64,000 nucleotides of DNA from a virus, in IMG/VR virus record IMGVR_UViG_3300047476_000639, positions 1 through 64,000 of that record, one strand, 5' to 3'. Both the position numbers and the translations under genes were made by a program. The notes under the pieces are model-generated. The model saw only the letters and a program-made list of their open reading frames with translations. It did no database searches and was not told where the DNA came from. Shown piece after piece: positions 26,975 to 35,482 of the stretch. Positions within the stretch are counted from its first letter, which is position 1; every line of letters starts with the position of its first letter.

Positions 26975-27029
26975 CAGCAGCCCTAACTTCCTGTATAACA
27001 CTCTCATAGTCAACACGGAGACACACACA

Positions 27030-27266
27030 ATGACTGTTCGTTCTTTCAAGTCTAGCACCAGCTTCGACAAGTCTCTTGAACTTCTCATCACCGAAACTGA
27101 TGATGGTCGTAAGACGACCTCTGCATACAGCGGTTTCCGCACTCTCAAGGAAGCAGAAGACTTTGTTGAGTGGTGGGAAGACTTGTATAGCTGGGGTTAC
27201 ATGGGTTCTGCTAGTGTCTCTTCTGATTTGGTTGTTCACACTTCTCGTTATAACTCTTGCGATTAA
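27030..27266 (+). CDS. hypothetical protein
   Basis: ATG inside the GC-rich island; Trp-rich C-terminus. Confidence 0.4.
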   Translation: MTVRSFKSSTSFDKSLELLITETDDGRKTTSAYSGFRTLKEAEDFVEWWEDLYSWGYMGSASVSSDLVVHTSRYNSCD

Positions 27267-27276
27267 GGAGATTTGT

Positions 27277-27444
27277 ATGACCGTTGACAAGATCCGAGTT
27301 TTTGATTATCTTGAAGCTCTACGGCAATCAGGCATTACTAACATGTTTGGTGCTGCGCCCTATATCGAACGGGTATTTGATGTCCCGCGCAAGGAAGCTG
27401 TATCTCTTTTGGTCGAATGGATGGAGATTAAGTCAAATGGGTAA
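27277..27444 (+). CDS. hypothetical small protein
   Basis: ATG with aaggag RBS. Confidence 0.45.
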   Translation: MTVDKIRVFDYLEALRQSGITNMFGAAPYIERVFDVPRKEAVSLLVEWMEIKSNG

Positions 27445-27655
27445 GGTCAAGGACTGGTTGATGGAAATGGAATCGCATGTGTGGACTGCCATGGAAATTG
27501 GTATGCCCCGTGCAAATGTTTACCCGTATGTCTGTACTCAGATGCACGGTGCTTCTGAGCGTGATGTAGATAGCATCATCGATCAGATACAGAAACACTA
27601 TTATGGCTACACGTTTAACGAGAATGGAGAGATGAAGTATGTCACGAACGAGTAA
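27437..27655 (+). CDS. hypothetical small protein
   Basis: ATGGGTAA overlap with the upstream stop. Confidence 0.4.
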   Translation: MGKVKDWLMEMESHVWTAMEIGMPRANVYPYVCTQMHGASERDVDSIIDQIQKHYYGYTFNENGEMKYVTNE

Positions 27656-28106
27656 GCACGGTAAGAGGCCTGAATTCGTCGCACTTGAGCTTTTTGAGCG
27701 ACAGATCACCGTGACGCCAGCAGATGTAGATCATTATGTTGGAACAACAGGTTACGCATCGAAATATGTGTGCTTTCTGAAGCGTGACGGATACCAGTTT
27801 GAAACCAACAAGGACGGTCGGACAGTCGTGTCCTATGTCTATAAGGGAATGACTAAGACTGGTGTTAAGAAAGCTGCCACGGCTGCTCCTAAAGCGTCCA
27901 AGAAGGCTCCGGAGAAGAAGCCAAAGGTCGCAAAGGTCATTGCTAAGAAGGCTGCTCCGGTCAAGAAGCCCAAGTTTTCGGCTGAAGAAAAGATGCTCCG
28001 TGAACTGGACATGCTCCCTGAGAAGGACTTTAGCTCCAGTTCGTTCTCTATCGATTCCGAGTGGGACTCCGCTGATGGACTCGACGTTGCAACTCTGCTG
28101 GGTTAA
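27639..28106 (+). CDS. DNA-binding protein with histone H1-like lysine/alanine-rich tail
   Basis: AAPKASKKAPEKKPKVAKVIAKKAAPVKKPK repeats. Confidence 0.5.
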   Translation: MSRTSKHGKRPEFVALELFERQITVTPADVDHYVGTTGYASKYVCFLKRDGYQFETNKDGRTVVSYVYKGMTKTGVKKAATAAPKASKKAPEKKPKVAKVIAKKAAPVKKPKFSAEEKMLRELDMLPEKDFSSSSFSIDSEWDSADGLDVATLLG

Positions 28107-28140
28107 GCAGGCTACATAGTTACTTTAGAAAGAGGTAAAA

Positions 28141-28359
28141 ATGAACAAGCGTAGTATCATGGCAGGCCTTTTGGCTCTACCTTTCATATCCGTTGCTGCA
28201 AGCGCGGCATCTCAGCGTAACACTGCCACATGGAAGGTTCCGCCTGGTGTAAAAAAGATCCGTGTAAGATCATGGAATCCTGATGGTTCAATTGACATGG
28301 ATCGTACATTGAATGTTTCACCTAATCAGACTTTTCGTATCGATGCTATTGAGGACTAA
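28141..28359 (+). CDS. small secreted protein
   Basis: Signal-peptide-like MNKRSIMAGLLALPFISVAASAAS. Confidence 0.45.
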   Translation: MNKRSIMAGLLALPFISVAASAASQRNTATWKVPPGVKKIRVRSWNPDGSIDMDRTLNVSPNQTFRIDAIED

Positions 28360-28587
28360 CAGAGCACAACTTGGTTATATCTCGAAAACGATATTGATGT
28401 TTCTGGATTTAACATTGATAAAGATTTTGAATATATTGGAGATTTTGTTAACCCGATGAATCTTCAGCCGTGTGTGATGTATTCAAGGACTGCTCAAACT
28501 ACTGTATCTGGTCTAATTGAAGGTCTAACTCTTGTTATTCCTATGAGACTTGGTGTATACCCAAAACAAACATATAACAGGTAAAGT

Positions 28588-28677
28588 GATGACTGAGAGT
28601 GATTTCACCGTAATCATAATGATGATTGGTAGCTTCTTTCTTGGCTATGCCGTACATGGCTATATGTTCGGAGTATA
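28588..28677 (+). CDS. 29-aa hydrophobic peptide (not in the ORF track)
   Basis: MTESDFTVIIMMIGSFFLGYAVHGYMFGV; ATG after aggtaaagtg. Confidence 0.25.
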
Positions 28678-28678
28678 A

Positions 28679-28909
28679 GTGATGGCAGATATCATCAAAA
28701 TGGCAGAAGCTTACAATGAATTTGTTGTATTAGAAGACGGCTTCTGCTATTATTGGCCTAGTCAGCACGGCGCAATCTCTTCACATGAACTGCGCCAGCT
28801 TGCAGATGAACTTGATAAACGTAATAAAAAGTGGAGCGAAGAAATAGATGAATATTTTCGCAATCAGCAACGATCCGAAGCAAGCAGCGAAGTGGATGGT
28901 CGACAATGA
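28679..28909 (+). CDS. hypothetical small protein
   Basis: ORF. Confidence 0.35.
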   Translation: MMADIIKMAEAYNEFVVLEDGFCYYWPSQHGAISSHELRQLADELDKRNKKWSEEIDEYFRNQQRSEASSEVDGRQ

Positions 28910-29100
28910 TTAAGGCAGAAAACATTCCAGATGAAGTATATGATGCTGTCGGTATTCCAAAGTGGCAGGCTCAAGCTTATCTTTTGGCTATGTTGAATGC
29001 ATGGCCAGGAGCGACTGTAAACACACATTGCGATAACATGGGCGAATACAATGCTGCTCACCTTCCTCTGTCGCAAGAAAATCGTAAAGATGATCTGTAA
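28906..29100 (+). CDS. hypothetical small protein
   Basis: ATGA overlap. Confidence 0.35.
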   Translation: MIKAENIPDEVYDAVGIPKWQAQAYLLAMLNAWPGATVNTHCDNMGEYNAAHLPLSQENRKDDL

Positions 29101-29151
29101 AGATGATATAATGATTCTACAAAACGCAATAAGGTATTTGGAAAACAATCA

Positions 29152-29685
29152 ATGAACATCTTTGCCGTAGATCAAAATCCCTATCAGGCCGCAGAATGGC
29201 TTGTTGATCGTCATGTAGTTAAAATGGTTTTAGAAAGTTGTCAGCTATTGTCGACCGCACACCGGATCCTTGACGGCACTGAGTATGTTGGCAAATCCAA
29301 GACTGGCCGCAATGTCAAGCGTTGGATGCTTCCAGACATTGATATGGATCTAAATCTGTATGATGCCACACATGTCAATCATCCATCAGCCGTGTGGTGT
29401 CGTACAACAATCTACAACTACAATTGGCTATATCAGCATTTTGTTGCTCTGATGAATGAGTATACATATCGTTATGGCAAAGTTCATAAGTGTGAATCAA
29501 TGTCACAGTGGCTTGTTTATCCGCCAAAGAACATCAAGATTGCAGAACTAACGCCAGTGTCGCCTGCAATGCCTGATGAATACAAAGTGCCTAATGATCA
29601 CGTAGAATCCTATCGCAACTATTATCGTATCGCAAAAGAGAGAATGCATTCATGGAAAAATCGAAACCCACCGCCCTGGATATAG
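29152..29685 (+). CDS. conserved hypothetical protein
   Basis: N-terminal MNIFAVDQNPYQAAEWLVDRHVVKMVLESCQLL; a very weak resemblance to the T4 DenV N-terminus (LADQHLMAEYRELPRVF) is noted but not asserted. Confidence 0.45.
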   Translation: MNIFAVDQNPYQAAEWLVDRHVVKMVLESCQLLSTAHRILDGTEYVGKSKTGRNVKRWMLPDIDMDLNLYDATHVNHPSAVWCRTTIYNYNWLYQHFVALMNEYTYRYGKVHKCESMSQWLVYPPKNIKIAELTPVSPAMPDEYKVPNDHVESYRNYYRIAKERMHSWKNRNPPPWI

Positions 29686-29996
29686 TAGATCAATTGCGCC
29701 TGGAAGATTCTAACGAAAGACAGTCTGAGCGTGAAGCACGGATTGTTCTTTCTGCGCTTTTGAATGATGCCGCAAATGAACTTGAAGCACAACTGGCCCT
29801 GCTAGAAAAGCAGCAGGTCATTATTCGTCGTATCTATGCAGAGAAGCTGCCTGACACTTGGTTCGTGTGTGGTGAAAGTGGTAACAAGGATCAGAACGGA
29901 CTGCCTGATCGCATCGAAATCTGTCCTGCTTATGGTGTAGACTGGTCGCAGATTTATGAGCGAACTGATCGTACAATTGGTGGTATGGGATCATGA
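29652..29996 (+). CDS. hypothetical protein
   Basis: ORF overlapping the upstream gene end. Confidence 0.4.
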   Translation: MEKSKPTALDIVDQLRLEDSNERQSEREARIVLSALLNDAANELEAQLALLEKQQVIIRRIYAEKLPDTWFVCGESGNKDQNGLPDRIEICPAYGVDWSQIYERTDRTIGGMGS

Positions 29997-30181
29997 ATGA
30001 ATTAGATCAGGCCGCCGAACGAGCAATAGATAAGCATGAGAGGCTTCTTCATCTGAAAACGATGGAGTTGCTTCTTGGTTCTATGGTCGCAAGACAAGGC
30101 GTCAAAGAAACACGCAAGCTACTGTTGCAGTACGCAAGACAACTAAGAGAGTTTCACACATAGGAGATACTAAATACTAGC

Positions 30182-30439
30182 ATGATTTATTCATTTATAG
30201 ATACCGAAACTGAAGAAGAGTTCGAACTAGAAATGACCTATGATCAACTCAAGGCATTTCTAGAATCCAATCCAAGATTTAATCAAACGTTTAAGATGAA
30301 CGTAGTCGATCCTGTTGGCATCGGCGTAACAAAGCCACCTTCTGATTTCCAGAAGTATGTGCTTGGTAAAGTTGCTGCGGCACCTGGTGCCGATAAGTCT
30401 GCTATCAATCGCAGATGGAGTCACAAACGAGAGTGGTAA
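30182..30439 (+). CDS. hypothetical small protein
   Basis: ORF. Confidence 0.4.
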   Translation: MIYSFIDTETEEEFELEMTYDQLKAFLESNPRFNQTFKMNVVDPVGIGVTKPPSDFQKYVLGKVAAAPGADKSAINRRWSHKREW

Positions 30440-30517
30440 AACACCAAAGAAGACGAGTTTCAAAAGAGAGCGGTCGTGGAAGCGATGCGCTCTCTTTTGC
30501 TTTACAAGGAGTACACA

Positions 30518-31230
30518 TGTCTAAGAAGCCTAAGAACAAAGCGCAAGCAAACAATAACAACGAAAAGAAGGCTGCACATTTCGAGTTGAGACATATTAAA
30601 CCTCTCACTCCAAATCAAGAAAAAGTCTTTACAGCATATCGTCAAGGTTATCACTTGATGCTTCACGGATTTGCCGGTACAGGCAAAACATTCTGCGCTC
30701 TTTACTTAGCATTAAATGAGTTATTGTCTAATGAGTCCATATACAACAAGATCGTTATCATTAGATCGGTTGTACCATCTAGAGATATGGGCTTTTTGCC
30801 CGGTTCAATGAAAGAAAAGATACAGGTCTATGAAGAGCCGTATCGTGAAATCTGTGATAGCTTATTTGGTCGTGGTGACGGGTATGACATACTGAAGATG
30901 AAGGGTATTGTACATTTCACTACAACTTCTTATCTCCGTGGTCTGACATTCAACAATGCTATTGTTATACTAGATGAAAGCCAGAACTTGTCGTTCCAAG
31001 AGTGTGACACAGTTCTGACAAGAATGGGTGATGAGAGCCGATTGATTGTTTGTGGTGATTTCAGACAGACAGACTTAAACAAGCCTCATGAGAAAGAGGG
31101 TGTTACTCAATTGATGCGAATTACCAATCGTATAAATACCTTTCAGCATATTGAGTTTGAGAAAGAAGATATCGTTCGCTCAGGCTTGGTCAAATCTTAC
31201 ATCATCCAAAAACACGAATTAGGACTATAA
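30518..31230 (+). CDS. phoH: PhoH-like ATPase
   Basis: Walker A LHGFAGTGKTF; PhoH block IVILDESQNLSFQECDTVLTRMGDESRLIVCGD; start at the ATG with caaggag RBS. Confidence 0.8.
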
Positions 31231-31232
31231 CA

Positions 31233-32567
31233 ATGACAAACAAGTACCTCATAGAGAGAGTATCAGATTATCTCGACAAGATGGGCAAGTACACTCTCAA
31301 TGAGGACTTGCTAATGGAAGAAGACATGCCGGATCAAAGTGAAGAACAGAGGGCCGAATGGATGCCTCCTGTTCTTCATGATTTCATGTTTCATTTGAGC
31401 GGTCCTAGTGACCCTCACGGAAACAAGAAAAAGGTTCTCATGGAAGAAGTTCTTGATGAGGTGACATTGATTGATACGACAAAAGGTATCGTTCCAATGG
31501 CACACAAGAACATGAACCTACCAAAGACCAGTGCTATCATCAATAAGACTGAAGAAGAGCGCGGCGGTAGAGAAGAAAATCTCCACAAGAAGATCAATGC
31601 AGGATTCAAGAAAGCTGATGCTGAAATGAGTTCTGAAGATAGAAAGACAAGAAGAGCTAAACTAAGAGAAGCAAGACAGACATTTGCTTCATTCGCGCAG
31701 GCGCGAGGCTTCAAGAGTAGAACCGCACCAAAGCTTATGGGCGGAAATATGAAGACTGAAAAATCTTCAGGTGAAGGCGTTCTTACAACAGGACTCAATC
31801 TTGCGCCACATGCTACAGCAGGACTTCATGGCTTCGATACTTGTCCAAAAGCATCAAAAGATTGTAGAAAAAATTGCCTAGGTACAGAAGCAGGCGGTAA
31901 TCGCCAGTATCCAGATGCCGCTTTGGCAGCTAAGACTTTAAGAACACACTTTGTAGCCCATCATCCTGAACATGCTGCAAGAATTATGGATGCTGAGATT
32001 GAAGCACATAAGAAAGCAGCAAAGAAAAAGGGTATGATTCCTGGTGTTCGTCTTAATGTTACATCTGACATTTCTTGGGAACATCATGCACCAAAGATGT
32101 TTGAGCGTCACAAGGATGTCCAGTTTTATGACTACACCAAGATGCCAAACAGAGTTATGAGACAGTATGAGCCAAAGGTGGAAGGCAGTCATTTCAATAA
32201 GGCGGGTCATCCTGCCAACTATCACCTAACACTTTCTCATACAGGCACAGGACACGCGGAATCAAATGATGCTGATGTGGTAAAGGTGCTTGAAAAGGGT
32301 GGTGTCGTTGCGTCTGTATATCAGCGCGGCAAGAAGAACAAGAAGCCAACTGCATATGAAGATGTGAAGACAGGTAAGAGATATCCTGTTGCAAACGGCG
32401 ACGATGACGACAACACGTTTGATCGTCACAACACTCTCGGCAAAACAGAAGGTTCACCTAGCCATGGTGTCGTTTCTGGTTTACAATTGAAGGGTGTTAA
32501 GAATGAAGACGCCGGAGTATTTGCTAATAAAGTAGATGATGACGGAATCGTTCGCATCAATAAGTGA
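31233..32567 (+). CDS. hypothetical protein (444 aa)
   Basis: Long ORF, charged, with a Cys cluster CPKASKDCRKNC. Confidence 0.45.
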   Translation: MTNKYLIERVSDYLDKMGKYTLNEDLLMEEDMPDQSEEQRAEWMPPVLHDFMFHLSGPSDPHGNKKKVLMEEVLDEVTLIDTTKGIVPMAHKNMNLPKTSAIINKTEEERGGREENLHKKINAGFKKADAEMSSEDRKTRRAKLREARQTFASFAQARGFKSRTAPKLMGGNMKTEKSSGEGVLTTGLNLAPHATAGLHGFDTCPKASKDCRKNCLGTEAGGNRQYPDAALAAKTLRTHFVAHHPEHAARIMDAEIEAHKKAAKKKGMIPGVRLNVTSDISWEHHAPKMFERHKDVQFYDYTKMPNRVMRQYEPKVEGSHFNKAGHPANYHLTLSHTGTGHAESNDADVVKVLEKGGVVASVYQRGKKNKKPTAYEDVKTGKRYPVANGDDDDNTFDRHNTLGKTEGSPSHGVVSGLQLKGVKNEDAGVFANKVDDDGIVRINK

Positions 32568-32573
32568 GTTGAT

Positions 32574-33005
32574 ATGCCAAGATTAGTATTGATTACAGGC
32601 GGCTTTGATCCTGTACATTCAGGTCATATAGAGTATATCAATGCCGCCAAGTCTCTCGGAGACTATCTGTTTATTGGGTTAAACAGTGATGATTGGCTTG
32701 CTCAGAAAAAGGGCAAGCCGTTCATGCCTTGGCATGAGAGACATATGATACTTGCAAACTTAAGGAGTGTTGATGATGTATTTGCTTTCAATGATAACGA
32801 TGGTACTGCTATCGATGCTATTAGGACTATTCGTGAAGCGAACCCTGATTGCACGATCATCTTTGCAAACGGTGGCGATAGAACGAAAGAAAACATACCA
32901 GAGATGAACTGTGGTGTTGATGATATAGAATTTGTGTTTGGTGTTGGTGGTTCAGATAAGAAAAACAGTTCTAGTTGGATACTCAATAAATGGAATGAAA
33001 AATGA
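32574..33005 (+). CDS. cytidylyltransferase-like nucleotidyltransferase
   Basis: Rossmann-like VLITGGFDPVHSGH (HxGH motif). Confidence 0.55.
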   Translation: MPRLVLITGGFDPVHSGHIEYINAAKSLGDYLFIGLNSDDWLAQKKGKPFMPWHERHMILANLRSVDDVFAFNDNDGTAIDAIRTIREANPDCTIIFANGGDRTKENIPEMNCGVDDIEFVFGVGGSDKKNSSSWILNKWNEK

Positions 33006-33535
33006 AGACACTAAAACAATTCCTTAAAGAAGCGTTTGATGCTGAAGCAATCAAGATTGCCAATTCTACATCACGAACATCAGGCGCAGTTGGTGCCAAA
33101 GCTATTACACCTCGTTATGTTGAATCCATTGCAAACGCGAAGCAAACCGTTTTAGACTTCGGTTCTGGTAAAGATGCTGCACATGCAAAACGTTTGCGTG
33201 AAAAAGGACTGAATGTCACTGCACATGAGTTTGGTGATAATCAAAACGAGAACCATGATCCTGACGCATTATCTAGACAATATGATCATGTTTATGCATC
33301 TAATGTTTTGAATGTACAGTCTAGCAAGCCGATGATGCATGAGACACTTAATCAGATACACCGAGCCGTCAAGAAAGGCGGAAGCTTTACCGGTAATTTC
33401 CCAATGTCACCACGCAAAGCAGATGATATTGATGCTGATCATGTACATCAGGAATTAGAGAAGAGATTTGAAACAGTGAAGCGTGTTGGTGGATCAAAGA
33501 AGGCGCCGCTGTTCCATGCGACGAATCCAAAATGA
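33002..33535 (+). CDS. SAM-dependent methyltransferase-like protein with CTS-like N-terminus
   Basis: N-terminus MKTLKQFLKEA; motif I VLDFGSGKD; YDHVYASNVLNV. Confidence 0.5.
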   Translation: MKTLKQFLKEAFDAEAIKIANSTSRTSGAVGAKAITPRYVESIANAKQTVLDFGSGKDAAHAKRLREKGLNVTAHEFGDNQNENHDPDALSRQYDHVYASNVLNVQSSKPMMHETLNQIHRAVKKGGSFTGNFPMSPRKADDIDADHVHQELEKRFETVKRVGGSKKAPLFHATNPK

Positions 33536-33729
33536 AGCACTTCATTAAGTATCTTGATGATAAGAATGCTGAGAAAGAAAAAGACATAGAGATGAAGATG
33601 AATGCGGCTATCACAGAGAACGATAAGACTATGTATGCCGCACATGATTATTATGGTAGTCCAAAAAAGTTGGTGTTCAAGCGCAAGTCACCAAGCTCTT
33701 CAGGTGGTAGCGCAGATGGTGGTGAATAA
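33532..33729 (+). CDS. hypothetical small protein
   Basis: ATGA overlap. Confidence 0.35.
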   Translation: MKHFIKYLDDKNAEKEKDIEMKMNAAITENDKTMYAAHDYYGSPKKLVFKRKSPSSSGGSADGGE

Positions 33730-33944
33730 TGTATCTTGATCCATGGATGATAGTTGTACTCATTCTAGCTTTCGGTATTTGCTCCTTGATCAGTAGAAGA
33801 CAAGGTGTTTATTTCGGAGTTGTTAACACTCTTCGAGGATTACACGAACAGAAAATTATCAAGATCGATACGAATGGTATAGTAAGTCCTTACAAGACAC
33901 TCGAAACGGTAAAAAAGAGAAAAAGAAAAGATGCTAAGTTTTAA
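33729..33944 (+). CDS. small membrane protein
   Basis: Hydrophobic helix IVVLILAFGICSLI. Confidence 0.4.
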   Translation: MYLDPWMIVVLILAFGICSLISRRQGVYFGVVNTLRGLHEQKIIKIDTNGIVSPYKTLETVKKRKRKDAKF

Positions 33945-34782
33945 GACATACTTGACTGAAGAGAAGAAGAAGAAAAAGAAGCAGCGTGAAGAATCCAAGC
34001 ACTATAATAAAGTCTTCATGGGTAAATCAGACATTGAAGCTGATGAGACTAAGAAGAACTATAACAAAGTCTTCATGGGCAAAAAGAAGATTGATGAAGA
34101 TATTCTTCCTGAACCTCACATTGGCCGTCCTTCAGGTGCGATTGAAACTCTACACAAGAAACTGTCAAGACATTACAAGTTTGGTAAAAAGCTTAAGCTG
34201 AGAGAAGAGCCTAAGCTTGATGATCCGCACGGCGATGAAAAGGTTGGCATTAGACGTTACACCGGTATTGCGTATAAACACATAAACAAAGCACTATATA
34301 AAGGTGATACCAGTCTTCTTTTACCAGAACATCAAGATGCAATGCAGCAAGTGATGGGCGCACAGAGACGCCATAAGACTCCTGTAGCCATGACTGTTCA
34401 CACAGGTATCAAGCGTGATCCAAGACAGATGGAAAAACACGAAGGTCAAATCAAAATGGAGATGCCGGCATTCACCAGCACTTCATTAGATGTGGATCAA
34501 GCTAAAGAGTTTGCACGACCATCAAACGAAGGAACTGGCAATCCCAACACATATGAAAATCATGTCGTACACATTGATGTACCAAAAGGTTCTCATGGTG
34601 TGTATGTTGCTCACCATAGTCAAATGCCAGATGAAAAAGAATTCATTCTTCATCCGGGCGCACGGGTGCATTTACATCCTGAACCAACTCATGTTGAAGA
34701 AAAAGATGATGGGTGGGGTGATACAACGAGAACATATCACTGGCGAGGTAAACTTGTACACGATGGTGTTAAAGACGTTTGA
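33931..34782 (+). CDS. ADP-ribosyltransferase (R-S-E class, Alt/Mod or exoenzyme-like) with CTS-like N-terminus
   Basis: YTGIAYKHINKALY (R-region), FTSTSLD (STS motif), EKEFILHPGA (ExE motif); N-terminus MLSFKTYLTEE; tandem NYNKVFMGK repeats. Confidence 0.65.
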   Translation: MLSFKTYLTEEKKKKKKQREESKHYNKVFMGKSDIEADETKKNYNKVFMGKKKIDEDILPEPHIGRPSGAIETLHKKLSRHYKFGKKLKLREEPKLDDPHGDEKVGIRRYTGIAYKHINKALYKGDTSLLLPEHQDAMQQVMGAQRRHKTPVAMTVHTGIKRDPRQMEKHEGQIKMEMPAFTSTSLDVDQAKEFARPSNEGTGNPNTYENHVVHIDVPKGSHGVYVAHHSQMPDEKEFILHPGARVHLHPEPTHVEEKDDGWGDTTRTYHWRGKLVHDGVKDV

Positions 34783-34836
34783 CACAAACTATTCCGTAAC
34801 ATATAATTATGGTCAAACTGAAATAACGGAAACATT

Positions 34837-35466
34837 ATGAAAAGATATGTGATTGGTGATGTGCATGGTTGCTATGATGAACTGTGCGAACTGTTTGAGA
34901 AGATTGAGAAGCACCACGGCGGTTATGACTACAAGCTGATTTTTGTTGGTGACTATGTTGATCGTGGACCAAAATCAAAAGATGTTGTAGACTTCATTAT
35001 GAAGATGCAGAAGCGCGGCCATGTAGCTCTCATGGGCAATCATGAAGATATGCTTATCGCTGGTGAATACATGTATGCTGCTGAAACAATTGTCAGCTTT
35101 GGTGGTTTTCGCGGCCATTATATACCCGATTGGGCAATGAATTGGATGAAGGCACTGCCAAAGTATTATGAAGATGATACAATCATTGTGGCTCATGCTG
35201 GTGCTAATCCTGCATTTCCAATGAATGAACAAACAGATACTATGCTCTTGTGGTTACGATATCAGCCGCACCATAATGCACACATGGGTAAGCATTTCTA
35301 TCACGGACATACTCCACACATAGGTAAGATTGAGCAAGCAGAGGATCGCACAAATGTAGATACTGGTTGTGTGTATGGCGGACATTTGACGGCCGCTATT
35401 GTAGGAGATGATGGCAAACCTGAAGGTTTCATTCAGGTGCCACACAAGAACAGTGCGTATGCATAA
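34837..35466 (+). CDS. Ser/Thr protein phosphatase, PPP family (lambda PPase-like)
   Basis: GDVHGC, GDYVDRG, GNHE motifs. Confidence 0.75.
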   Translation: MKRYVIGDVHGCYDELCELFEKIEKHHGGYDYKLIFVGDYVDRGPKSKDVVDFIMKMQKRGHVALMGNHEDMLIAGEYMYAAETIVSFGGFRGHYIPDWAMNWMKALPKYYEDDTIIVAHAGANPAFPMNEQTDTMLLWLRYQPHHNAHMGKHFYHGHTPHIGKIEQAEDRTNVDTGCVYGGHLTAAIVGDDGKPEGFIQVPHKNSAYA

Positions 35467-35482
35467 AGCATATATACTGTAG

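Noticed and set aside
26276-27148. 290-aa ORF on the minus strand opposite the GC-rich island
   Set aside because: It lies in the window's highest-GC segment, where stop codons are rare in all frames. It overlaps two + strand genes that have good RBSs and the genome-wide + orientation. Its amino-acid composition is low-complexity (S/V/L/R-rich).
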